Origin: Amphiscolops sp. MND2022
Lineage: Eukaryota
NCBI GenBank assembly: GCA_964187785.1
Contig: OZ076409.1
Location: 76,572,001-76,636,000, forward strand
Reading direction: 5' to 3'
Length of the DNA stretch: 64,000 bases
Made by a program: the position numbers and the translations under genes. The notes under the pieces are model-generated. The model made no database searches. It was not told the origin of the DNA and saw only the letters and a program-made list of their open reading frames with translations. This document shows, piece by piece, positions 11,265 through 22,921 of the stretch (within the stretch, counting starts at the first letter, position 1; every line of letters starts with the position of its first letter).

Positions 11265-12311
11265 GGCTGGGTAGGTTGCTGTATCGCGGCTGGTGGTTGT
11301 TGGTTTACTTGGGGTTGTTGCAGAACTTCGGGTGTGGTTGATTGTCGTAGAGGTATGCTGTTCGAGCCTGTTGGTTAGGTGCCTTCCACCATGTGGGGCG
11401 GTTTGCCCAGTTCGCACCCCAGTAGCAATCCCTGGTTTCGTGGCTTAGTTTACCACAAGTTTCGCAGAGAATGGTGTTGTTTGTGTTGGGGGTTTTTTGG
11501 CTTTGTTTATCTCTGTTCGTCTTCCTACAGTTGCGGAGGAGGTGGCCCTGATGTCCGCAACCGAAACATGTACTCGCGGTTTTTGAGGGTCTTTCCTGGT
11601 TGGGGTTGTTAGTTGGTTCTACGTTGTGTAAGCCTGTGAATGACGCGGATTCTGGGTTTGCCAATCCATTGAGCTCCATCTCTTGCTCCAGATGTTGCAC
11701 CATTGTCTCATATGATGCTGTTTCAAGGCGAGCTTGGTTCAATGCCCTTTTAAGGTGGGCGGGCATTTTTGCGTAGAACGAGGTCTCTATAAATCTAGGT
11801 GCGTCTTTCGTGTATGTTTCTTGCGCCAGTTTCTGGTAGGTTTCCCAGAAATCTTGAAAAGTTTGGTTTGCCGGGTCGAATGTGAGGTTCTCCCACTTGC
11901 ACCTGGCTGTGGCTACTGATTGTGTTTCGACGTATCTTCTTCTGAAACCGGCTATGATGTCGTTTATGTTTTTTTGGTTTTTTGGTCATATTCCGAAACG
12001 TTTGCAAGGCGTCTCCTTGCAGTAGTGAGTGAAAATAATGTGTTTTCTCTTGCTCTGTTATTTGTGGGTGGACCTTCAAGCTAGTTTGAAACAAGTCTTC
12101 AAATAGCTCAAATTTTTCTGTCTTACCGTCGAACGTTGGCATCGTTGTTGCCAGGGCTTTTGGTAAGCGAGGAAGATTTGGTGCTCGTTTGTGCGTTGCG
12201 TAGAGAGATTCCAGTAATTTGTCAATAATCTCGTCTGAGTGCCTCTGGTTTGGAAGTGGCAGGCTCGAAGATCGGGGATGGGCGTTGTTGCTGGTCGTTG
12301 GTTCGTTAATG

Positions 12312-12324
12312 ACTCCTGTCACCA
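12312..12324 (-). other. Primer binding site of element A, TGGTGACAGGAGT (tRNA-Leu-like)
   Basis: TGG directly after the LTR CA; resembles the complement of the eukaryotic tRNA-Leu 3' end. Confidence 0.7.
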
Positions 12325-14562
12325 TGTTGGAACTTTCATCTCTAGCGAGATCAACTTCTTCTAATTCGTCGGCGGAGTTTCCGCTGTTTTCGACTCTATC
12401 AGTCAAACAACCTCGTTCTGAACTCACATTAGACAAGTTATCCACTTTGGATGATAAGCTCTCAATCAACTTCAGAATCTCGCGCTGGTTCAACTCAGTA
12501 TCTCTAAGGCGCTTGGAAATTTTATTTTCGATCTTATTGGAAATATCTTCAAACTCCCTATTTGACAGTAAGGTGTTTTCATCATTAGTCGAATTCTCTA
12601 TATCTTCGTCTATTTGACTAGTCGATTGGTCACTCCTGAGTTTCCGTTTCTGAGACCTTTCTGGCATTGGAAAATGCTGGTTAACAAGATTTAATTGAAT
12701 CAGGTGAGAATGGTGTTAGGTAAGATCAGTTGGTCAACTGATTGATTAATTAGTTAATCAAATACGGTTAATATCTAACTCGTGAAAAGTGCAAAATGAA
12801 ATCCAAGATTAAAGTTGCACAATTTCAAAGAGCGAATAACAAACGTTTTCAAAATTGGAAAAATAAAATCTGTGTTTTCCTAATCCCACTTCAGGTGTAT
12901 ATACTTTTCGCTAGACACGCGGGGAACACCCCGCGCGTGAATTCACACCTCGTTCAACTCGGCGTGTAATCCAAGACGAGAAAATCCAAATAAGGTAGGC
13001 TTCCTCGGGACTCGGCATTCGGCTTCATCCCACTTTCAAGTGAAAGCGGGAATCACTTCCTGCCGCTTCCCAATTTTGCGTCCCTTTCTTCTTCATCTCG
13101 CGCCTTTTCAAGACGCCGAGCCGAAGTTGGCACTAAAAATTCATGAACCTAGCTACTGAAGAGGGAAAAAGAACTAATTTTACATCGAGGAATAAATGAA
13201 ATTCCAACAACGAATTATAAAAATGTACTAAAATATAAATTAGCAGCTCTGATTATCACTAAATCAGACAATTTACGTAGCTAACCAATGTTTCTTGTAC
13301 ACATCAAACAATAAAAGTCTGGTCGAACGCCAGGTAAACAACTTGACTTTGGGTCGCCTGGCCGTGAGACTAGGTGGTTGACTCAACTTGTCAAACGAAA
13401 ACGATGCATGGGGGGTATTACTATGGATTGGATAAATACTGCATAGGATTACAAATTAGTACTTCCTAGAAATGAACGGTATTAACTGGGCTGGTTAATG
13501 ATTTCGCACCAATATGGGAATTACTGGTCGATCTCCCGGACTGTTCGCTCAAGTGAGGAGGCACAGACAATTGTCCGGGGAGTTCAAATAGTATCACAAA
13601 TTACATTGCAATCAATACTAAATAATGTAAATAAATTCCAACTGCAACTGATGGATGAATGCTGATTACAAATTAAACAATCCTACTGGTTGCTCGAGAT
13701 AACTTTAAATTTCCGTAGTAATCGCCCCGGTCAAAGACTGGGCGTGCGGAGTTGAAAATAATGTTTGAGGGGTTTTTAATAGCACAACAATTGGGTTAAT
13801 TTTCACCGTACTACCTTTGGTTGGTATAATTAAACGGGCCAATGTTATGTAAATTCACAGCGCGTTTTATCCCGTTTGGATATACTGAATTCTGTGCCCT
13901 GGCGTTTGACTCAAATGAAAATGTTTCAGTCTTCCGCCTGGGGAGTAGACTCAATTCATCACTATAAATTCCGTTTGTTAGCGTCAATTTCAAATTATCA
14001 AATAGTTGCTTCGCCTTTTACATGTATCTCTAGTCATAACTCAACCTCTTTTAAGTAAGGATAGTGTTGAAAATAGCACAGGGTATTATTTACTTCACAC
14101 TATTTTATTAGCTGTTCGGTTGAGCGACTGGGCGGTCGTCCCAGTTCTCGGTCGACTGAACGGTTGATCAAGATGATTACTCAGTTAGTGCTGTTTGAGC
14201 TCAACGCTGATTGGCTGTTGCTCGGCAAATAATAAAATTCACTGCAGTTGCTGGGACGGTGTCCTAGTCGACGCGGTAGCTGAATTGAATTCAATCAACG
14301 CGCTGGCTGTTTTGCCGTAAACAAATCGCTGCCCATGTAGCACTTGCTAATATTCAAGTATTTACATATTTATGTGTTTTAGGTACTGCACAATGGTATT
14401 ATTGACAGTTGTATGTTTACATAGTTATCTCTTAATATTAAAGGTTGTTTTTATTTTAGGTTCATGATGATGTTTCTTTCTCTTCTTTGTTGATTTCTTC
14501 ATTTCTTCCTTTTGGCGTTCCTCTTGTATCTAGATTCTCGCAGCTCTGCTGGGGCTGCGACA
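12325..14562 (-). repeat. Element A 5' LTR (2238 bp)
   Basis: Direct repeat of 954-3199; followed on minus by the PBS. Confidence 0.95.
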
Positions 14563-15782
14563 GCTTCTCTATTGATTCAACCTAAAATCTTTAACTAACT
14601 CAAAACACTGGATTTTCCGAGTACTAATAGCGTCAAATCACATGAAGGGAAAAATCCTGATCCCAGGCTGTAGTCTGGGACGTTCAACTGATTATATATT
14701 ATTTCTATGAAAAACTGTATTCCGCGGAAAAAACTCTTCAGGCCCAGTCACAGCAAAAACCTAAATAAGAGATTGAATTCAGTGTTTTTGTGAAGAACAA
14801 CTGTTGTGAATAATTTGTAACATTGAACAGAAATATGCCATATTTTGAGTCTACATCAAAAAATGTCAAGTACCTGTTGAAAGAAAATCTTGAGAAAATT
14901 ACGTTAACAGTTAGAGCCATTCAGTCACACTTCGACAATTCAAATATTAATGCCATAGTCACTTCAGCTATCACAATTGGTGTTGCGAGCAAAAGGATTA
15001 GACGGTTCAGCTGCTCGCATTTCTGACAAGAAGCTGAAAAGCCACCAACAATCGATTAGGAACAATAGATGGAACAGTGCGAACAAACAACATGTGGGCG
15101 AATCATTCCCATTTTGTATCAGAAATCACGAGAAAAGTGAAGGAACTAGTACCCCAATTACCAGCATTGTTGAAGAACGTGAACAACAACAACAACAACG
15201 AAAAAAAATAGTGGGTATGTTATATTTTGTCGTTGAAGAAATAGGACGGAAAGTTCCGATGTAAAAGTCGCCACGTATTATTATATCCTCAATCTAGCTG
15301 TTTGAACAACTGGAGAGTTCTAAATCATGTTTGAAGGCCGCAGAAATGGATACCAAGACCGGCAAACCTTTCTATTCCGGAACAGAAACAGAACCAGTCG
15401 CTGCAGCAATTATGGATAATCCTAATTGGTGTAGTTTGAAAATGCAAGTTTGGTGAGGAAACGCGGGTCCTGGTGTATGACATCTTTACCCGAAACACGT
15501 CGAACAAACGAGGACAAGAAAACTGTGGGCAATAACAGAGAAAGTGAACAAAAAAGAAATGCTGAAATAGTCAACGACGTTCCAATGAGATCAAAAACCC
15601 AGTTTTTTCATACTCTGGTGACATCACATTTCTCGCGACAATCCTAGGAAAGTCGGAACATGCGCGGTATGTCCTCTCGATATGATTTGAGAAAAAAGTT
15701 CAAACGAGGAAAATGTTAAGTTGCTGAAAAGTAAATTGTGCATTCCACTGATCTCTGACTACATCCAGGAGGTGTTCACAAA

Positions 15783-15982
15783 NNNNNNNNNNNNNNNNNN
15801 NNNNNNNNNNNNNNNNNNNNNNNNNNNNNNNNNNNNNNNNNNNNNNNNNNNNNNNNNNNNNNNNNNNNNNNNNNNNNNNNNNNNNNNNNNNNNNNNNNNN
15901 NNNNNNNNNNNNNNNNNNNNNNNNNNNNNNNNNNNNNNNNNNNNNNNNNNNNNNNNNNNNNNNNNNNNNNNNNNNNNNNNNN
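15783..15982. other. Assembly gap (200 N)
   Basis: Run of N. Confidence 1.
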
Positions 15983-16906
15983 CGTTCGGCTGAAAATTTC
16001 TAGATTGAACATGCGTGCAAATTTATCGAAAACGTTTTATACCTTATAGAGCTGGTTTCACATACCTCTCGTGCCCTAAATACAGGAGCCAAGCAAAGCG
16101 ATGTGCCATTTCGTCATTCCTCAATTTTGCTACAATGTTTGCTACAACAAATATGCTTACCTCTTCAACTAAATCCGATCCTCTTCCGCTGTTTGAGACC
16201 TACTTTGCACAATTGAATGTTTGAATAGTCACCACTATACTATTCAAGGATATACAATGCTGTACTCAAAGCCATATGGCTTTCAAATTTTGAACAGAAT
16301 GACTCTAAAACAAAATTTTAGTCAAATGTTACTAAGGCAAGTGGCATGTAACATTCTTAGTTATCTTATCACAATTACAAGCTCAGCTGTCAGTCTTCAT
16401 AACGAAATGCATACGCTTCTCTTGTTGACAGATCGTGGACAGCAAGTTTGAGTTAACTTGGAAAGTGTTCGTGGCCTAGTGTTAATTTCCGGGCATTTTT
16501 ATGAACAATTTTTTGAAGTAAACACCGAGACAAAAAGGCTGGCACAAGCCAATTTTGATCCAGGACTCAAATATTCTAAACAACCAGGTTAATTTGAACC
16601 TGTATGTCTAAAGTGTCGGCTACGAACATTCTGCTGGAACTTTTTTGTGGACATCGGAAGACATCAGTTGCACGAGAATATCCTACGGATGCTGTCGCAG
16701 GCTGCCGCCTCACTGCGAAAGGTTTTAATGGCGCCGACCTTATTATTATGATGAGAAATTTGCCTTTGGACCGAAAAGGCCTTGAGCAGGATCGTCCTTA
16801 GGATGGGATGGTATTGATAACGCTTGGAAACACGCAAGTGAGAAAACCACAAAGAAAGACTCAATGTCCAATTGCGATTTTTGTGAGAAACTGACTTACT
16901 CCTTAC

Positions 16907-19900
16907 ATGGTAACAGGAGTGGACGACCATCCACATCCGATACCAGAACTCCTCACAGGACGAATTCGCTCTCAGCCAAAATTGCAAAGGCAAGAATCAG
17001 TCCATGACACAACAATGGATACAACTCTAACGGTAGCAGAGAACGTCACGCACGTTTTCAACAAACACAGTATCCTATCAATGACTAGCAGATAATCTAT
17101 TGAACCTACAGAAAAAAACCACAGTCAATGACAATCAGATCCGTCACGAAAACGCCGACCACCTTTGATGTCAGAAGTGAGAAAGTCGAGCAGTTCAAAG
17201 ACTTGTTTCATACAATAATCAAAACGCAACCCTCATGACCAAGCAGATGAAAATCAACCATTTTCATTCCCTGCTAGGAGATGGTGCCCTGCAAACCTTC
17301 CGAAATATAAACTCGATAAAGCGTCAAACATTAGCAGACAGATCGGTCGTTTTTTGCAGCAAATATGTTGAACTTGCATCACAGGTTACAGCAAAACACA
17401 GCAGATTTCCTGGAAGAACCTAACCGGAAAGTTTTGGTGACAAGGCCAAAAAAACATGATGAGTAGCCTACTTTATGCGAAGTTCCCAACCAAAACTCAA
17501 ACGATCGGTCAATATGGCCAGGCTGCACAACGGGACGTACGAGGTACGAGGCAATCGTTGCTCATCTTTTAAAAAGAACTAGCACTCAACTCTTTGGAGG
17601 TCTCTGATGACTTCCCGATAGGTACAATCGCCACAAAATTCGGCAAGCCAAAAACTCTGCTGTCTAACGGCATTGATACCAATAAGAATAGAATGTTCAA
17701 TGCCCATTCTGCAATGCTGATGCCCATTTCGCGAAAAATTTTACCCGAAAATGAAAAAAAAAAACGAAAAACGGACGCTAAAAGCGGCAAAAACATCAAC
17801 GTCCAACTTATCTGGAATTTTCAACTTGCTGCAAAACCATTCATACAGCGGAGAAGTGATGACGAGGCACTGGAGCCCATCTCCGACCCAAAAGGCCAAG
17901 ACAAGACGCCGAAATCACAACTGCCTCATAAGATGAGCGAAACCTCTCCAAAGCCGACGAAACCAGAGTGTTGTCATCAGGCCAATTGACCTCTGAGAAG
18001 CCTGCAGGCAAATTGACCTCCGAGAAGCCTGAATCAAAAAACTAATTTCGATTTTGTTTTATTCAGGTGACGATAACCCACACAAGTGTGACGATAACCA
18101 GTCAATTGATGACGAGAATGACTCCTTCATCGAACTCTGGCAGCCAAACCGTGAAATTAATAACGTAAAGGAAATTGGGAATAACCCCAATGAAAACAAC
18201 TCAAAGGCCACATCCGAATTTTTTTGACGAAACCGCATTTTTACATGTCCTCGTGACTGAAGAAGGAGAACCAAAGTATGTACCTCTCTCTACAAACCTT
18301 GAACTCAAATACAAAAGACAGATGCTTCATTGTCCAATGGAATTCGGAGAATTAACCATAAAAGGCCTAATTGACACTGGATCGTTATCCAGTGCAATCC
18401 CAGAAGGAGTTGGGCTACTGTTCCTCCAAAGAAACTAGACTGTCCTGGCCATGCGTCAAGACATTCTCAAAATTCCGCACGTTTGCATGCAACGGAAGAC
18501 ACCGGATCATAAAAACTCAAATGTCATGGAACTAATCCTCAATCAGCAAAACATAACGATACCGAACAATGACCGAACGCTAGTTAAAGTCAAATCCCAA
18601 ATTTAACCTTAAAACACGGTCACCGGTCTATCGAAACCTAGTGCTCTATTGCATGAACAATGCGACTTCAACTTCTGTGCCGCAGTCGTCACCTTGTCGG
18701 ATGGTACAGTGAAGGTTCACATTAACAACGTGACTTAGCAACCCTAAAAACTCAAAAAATGACTGTATTTGGCTAGTTTTTCAGTGAAATCATCGAAACA
18801 AATGGAACCAATTAAACCAATATACCCAGTGTCCACTTGGCCTACGCTGAACGGAAGCGAAAAAGTTACGTTAACAGACTTCATAAGGCAAATAGAAATA
18901 ATGATCTATACGAACAGTATTCGTTTAAACACCCTAAAACCTAGGAATTCTTGAAGAGTCGCGCAATGTACAAGATGCCCGAAACACTCAAAGCGCAAGA
19001 CGAAGAAAAATTCCGACACAAATTCTTTAGGAACCTTGACTGGAAGGACTCGTACATAACATAAGGATGGATGAGAAATTCACTGTCAAATTGGACGACT
19101 CGCCCGCATATAGGCGAAGCTTTCTTTTCCCAGTCATTTTAAAGGGGGATAGAGAAGTGGCATTACATGCACAGACAATGCCCAATGGCGAACCGCGACT
19201 GGTCGATTGGTCGATTCACGGAAAATCAGCAATCTCATCTCAGATGATTATATTTAAAATACAATCATCAGTGAGCACCCTCACGGACGCGGCACAACAC
19301 ATGACCGGCAAGAAACTTCTCTGCAAACTCGATTGATCTCAAGCCTACTATTGTCTCCAGATCAGATCGATCGAAATGCTGGCCTTCAATTTTGCTAGCA
19401 GGACATTCGCCTATAGGAGGCTTGAGCATGCCCTCCTCTGCAGGTCCCTATCCGCATCTTCGAGCTTTATGCATGAATATCTAGACAAGGTTATCAATGC
19501 CGACCAAGGCGCGAAATATGGGGACGACATCGTCACAGCCTCCCATGACGCCAACCACCAAACTAAAAATCTGAAAGCGACATTTGAGTGCATCAGAAAA
19601 GCAAGACTGGAAGTATCAATGCACAAGTGCCACATTGGGACAATTGAAATTGATATCCTGGAAAGAACAATCACCCCAGTGGGCAATACACCCCAAAAAA
19701 GAATAACCATTTTCTTGGGCAATAACGAAATTCTTAAAACACAAAAAACTCCTGCAGAGACACCTCGGTTTCCTAAACTACTACAGAAACTGTTTTACAA
19801 GATTGTCAGAAAAACTAGTTCCATACTTCGAACTCGTCAAGAAAGACGAGAAGGTCCTTGTGAACACCGAGCTAGTAAAACATATGACCGAAATTAATAG

Positions 19901-20470
19901 AGACTCTGATAAATGCAGTCAATTAGCCATAAAGCAATCCCTGCCGAACGAATAATTACTCCTATTGATAGACGCACGTTTTACGGCAGCAAGATATGCG
20001 ATTATCATTGAAGGTGACCCAAATCAGAAATACACTACCGTTGAAAATTCGTATGCCCTTATAGCATACGGGTGAAAGACCTTCACAACATCAAAACTCA
20101 AGACATCCAAATACGTCAAAGAATATTCAGCTGAAAACTGTGCCTATAAAGAATTTGGAGACAAATTCCGGGAACTCCCAAACCGGGGAACTCTAGTATG
20201 CATGTGACTACGGTATTTAATTTAACTTCATAACAGCTCACATCCCAGGAAACAATTACCGCAACCGACTACTTGTCCCGTATGGAAATGAATCCCAAGA
20301 AAAAACTTGTCCTAAAGATACGTGAAGATGACGAAATACGGCCCATTGAGGTAAACGTAAAATAACCAGGCGTATCAATGGAAAAACAAGTTTTCTTCGC
20401 GGAAGGCGACAATAAGACAAAAGCTCAATTTTGGGAACGTTAAAACAAGGCGGTAGTAACCCCACCAACA
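16907..20470 (+). mobile_element. Element B: heavily decayed Gypsy of the element A group (PBS, gag, PR, RT, RNase H remnants)
   Basis: CA|TGGTAACAGGAGTGG PBS at 16908; INHFHSLLGDGALQTFRNI gag; AAAAAAC TAA at 18036; IDTGSLSS protease; TLTDAAQHMTGKKLLCKLD and YGDD RT. Confidence 0.85.
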
Positions 20471-20559
20471 ATGAATGAATAGAGGCTCCTCCTTCTGCAG
20501 CTCCAAGGGTGTCAGGATATGACCGTCTTCGGCCCTGAACAGTCTCGTCATCTCACCGG

Positions 20560-21700
20560 GGACGTTGATTGCGATGCAAAGATTTTCATGTCAACATTTC
20601 CGAACGTTTCGTAAATGAGACTCTGTTTGGCAATGCCTCGATCTTTTTTTGAAAGATAGAGATGTTTGTTTCAATAATTTGATAAGAGAATTTGAATCTA
20701 TTGCGCAAAGGGTCTAGTTGTCCGGTCACAAAAGTCTTGGTCCATTTTATGCCTTTATAATAGGCTTCTTTCATCACCTTGCCAGGTTTAGAAAGAAGCT
20801 TCTAAAGTTTTCTGGGCGGGTTGGGCGCAGTGACGGCAGGGCTGGTCTCTTTCGGAAGGGAGGAGAATGACTTACGGTCCGTGCTACTGTACCCACTTCA
20901 GGAACTCATTGGGCAAATTGCCCAAGAAGGCCCAGCAGTGTGATCTTGGTTAGAAGTTTCTGGCTGTGATTCTCCAACTTCGGCATTGTCAGTCTCTCGG
21001 CAGTACACTAAACTTCCTGGATCCTTATCCGAATTTAAGGCCTTACTGGTGTAACTGCCGGTTGTGTGTCCTTCATGCTCACTCTCGAACTCAGATTCGG
21101 AATTTCCCCAGTGGGGTGTGTCATTGGACCTTCGTACTGGGCACCTGCACCGGGAACGTGCTGGCACTGGAGACCGCGAGGCCTGCTATAGCAGAGACTT
21201 CTCATGTGGTATGATGACAAGACACTTTCGTCCGCAAACGTCCTGAGGACTTGATGGATTTGGCTCTCACTAAAAACAATAGTGGGATGGCCAATTGGCA
21301 GGGAGATGGGTATGTTAACAGTGAAGTACTTTCTTCTTGTCGGTTTTCCACTCGCGTATAGTTGCCTCGGGGCATCCTTCAGTTAACTACGGTACTGCGC
21401 TTGCTCTTCATTACTGTGGCCAGGTACCGCTTGGAATCAGGGTAGATGTTGGAGTCAAATTTGATGGTGCCCGAAACGTTAGAGTCGGTCCCTACTCCGA
21501 CACTGTCATAGCGTTCGTCACTATCACTGACATCTGTGACGAACGTGCTCTTGGGGACACCAGTGGTGAGCTTTGGTCCAGTTTCAACATTAAAGGCAGA
21601 CTCGGTTTGGACCTCTTGCTCCAAAATTGGGTTCTCTTTTGCAACGGAGAGTGGAAGGAGGGGCATCAGCGACCGTTAGGTTCCCAGTTATATCGGGCTG
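20560..21700 (-). pseudogene. Decayed ORF: low-complexity region followed by a possible BED-like zinc finger remnant
   Basis: WTKTFVTGQLDPLRNRFKFSYQII then, after a frameshift, RHCQTESHL; Cys positions are degenerate. Confidence 0.3.
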
Positions 21701-22429
21701 AGTGACCTCGATTATATAGAGCTGTAGGGACCTCGGTTATATCGAGCTGAGGAACATCGGTTACCTCGGGGTGACAGTTTCCGAGGCTTCGCTCTTTGGA
21801 GGGCAATTTGCAACGGCAGGAGCGACGAATGCGGAAAGACTTCCGTCGGACGTTCCACTGGCAGCAGGCATGTTGGAAGGGGGCCTAGCCTCTGGAAATG
21901 GAACAGAAATTTCGACTCGTTGGGCCCCAATGACTTCCTCGTAAATCGGACCAGAACCATATGAAGTGTGGAAAGAAATTGGGAGATCTGTAAAACTAGA
22001 AGAACAAAAGTCTGAATCAACTAACTGTAGAGTATGTACAAAACAGGATTAAGGCGAGCAAATTGTCACTTGATTTTGATTGATTTCAACGGAAGTTAGA
22101 CATAATCATTAATTACATTATGGTTACGTCAGTCACATGAACGAACAATCAAATGGAATGAAAAATGGTATTTAAATTTTAGCGCGAGAAATAATTGTGA
22201 GCCTGAAGGGCTCTGAAAACAGATCAACGGGAGCTGGTGTCATAACTGGGAAATCATACCGACTTGACTTCTGAGCACCATCGGTGGAACCCTTGAGACT
22301 GGCAGAATGGTCGACATCAGAATGAGCAAGTCTATTCGTGAAATTGTCAGATGCTGGCTGTTGATACGCTATATTATACGTGTTTGCCAGAGAACGAGGA
22401 CTTAAAATATCGTGATTGTCACCCGTAAT

Positions 22430-22698
22430 ATCAAAAGTTCATGACATCTTGATTAATTGAGCCTTATAGCTGGCACGCGTAGGATACTAAATTGGAGAAA
22501 CACCGCACACATTCGTAGAGCAATTCGAGCAATTCAGCAAACTGTATTCCACTTTCAGCGACAGCATGCCGTTTAGTACGAGGCCTCCCGATTGTTGCGC
22601 CTCCTTTTAATTGCGTAATTTTCTTTTCATTGCTGTCAATAACCTTCGTTAGACCATGGTGCATTCATAAACTTCCCGAAATTTGCATCCATAGCTGC
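22430..22698 (-). pseudogene. C-terminal part of a Mutator (MULE) transposase relic, split by element C
   Basis: Reading continues across the TSD as GLKYRMAAMDANFGKFM, resembling the segment after the MULE catalytic Glu. Confidence 0.55.
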
Positions 22699-22902
22699 TG
22701 AGAAGTAGACGTCACTAAAAAGATGAACTAATTAGTTCATAGTACCTGCCAGTGCCTACGATGAAGAGCCTTACAGTACGAACATTAGATGAAGTTGTAT
22801 TCTATGATACAGATAGCCAACAGTTCATATGCTAACGATCATTACTTTGTGTTGATTTGTATTACTTTTAATACATTCTTCTTTATCTTCTCCGAGTTAA
22901 CA
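22699..22902 (+). repeat. Element C 5' LTR
   Basis: TG..CA ends; direct repeat of 28389-28596; followed by a tRNA-Ser-like PBS. Confidence 0.95.
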
Positions 22903-22921
22903 TGGCGCAGTCAGCAATCTA

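Larger units (their letters stand above)
11252..12667 (-). pseudogene. gag: Element A gag (frameshifted), starting inside the 5' LTR; two CCHC knuckles
   Basis: CFGCGHQGHLLRNC and CETCGKLSHETRDC; capsid-like MPTFDG..FELFEDLF segment. Confidence 0.9.
954..14562 (-). mobile_element. Element A: full-length Ty3/Gypsy LTR retrotransposon (13.6 kb) with accessory ORFs; ORFs disrupted
   Basis: Direct repeats 954-3199 and 12325-14562 with TG..CA ends; 5-bp TSD GCTTC at 949-953 and 14563-14567; gag-PR-RT-RH-IN order. Confidence 0.97.

Noticed and set aside
15721..16012. ORFs with poly-X
   Set aside because: Artefacts of the N gap
14800..16600. Possible host exons around the gap
   Set aside because: Only short ORFs, with no recognisable domain or consistent splice chain
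22723..22740. Perfect 18-bp palindrome ATGAACTAATTAGTTCAT in the element C LTRs
   Set aside because: Real, but AT-rich and with no supportable function
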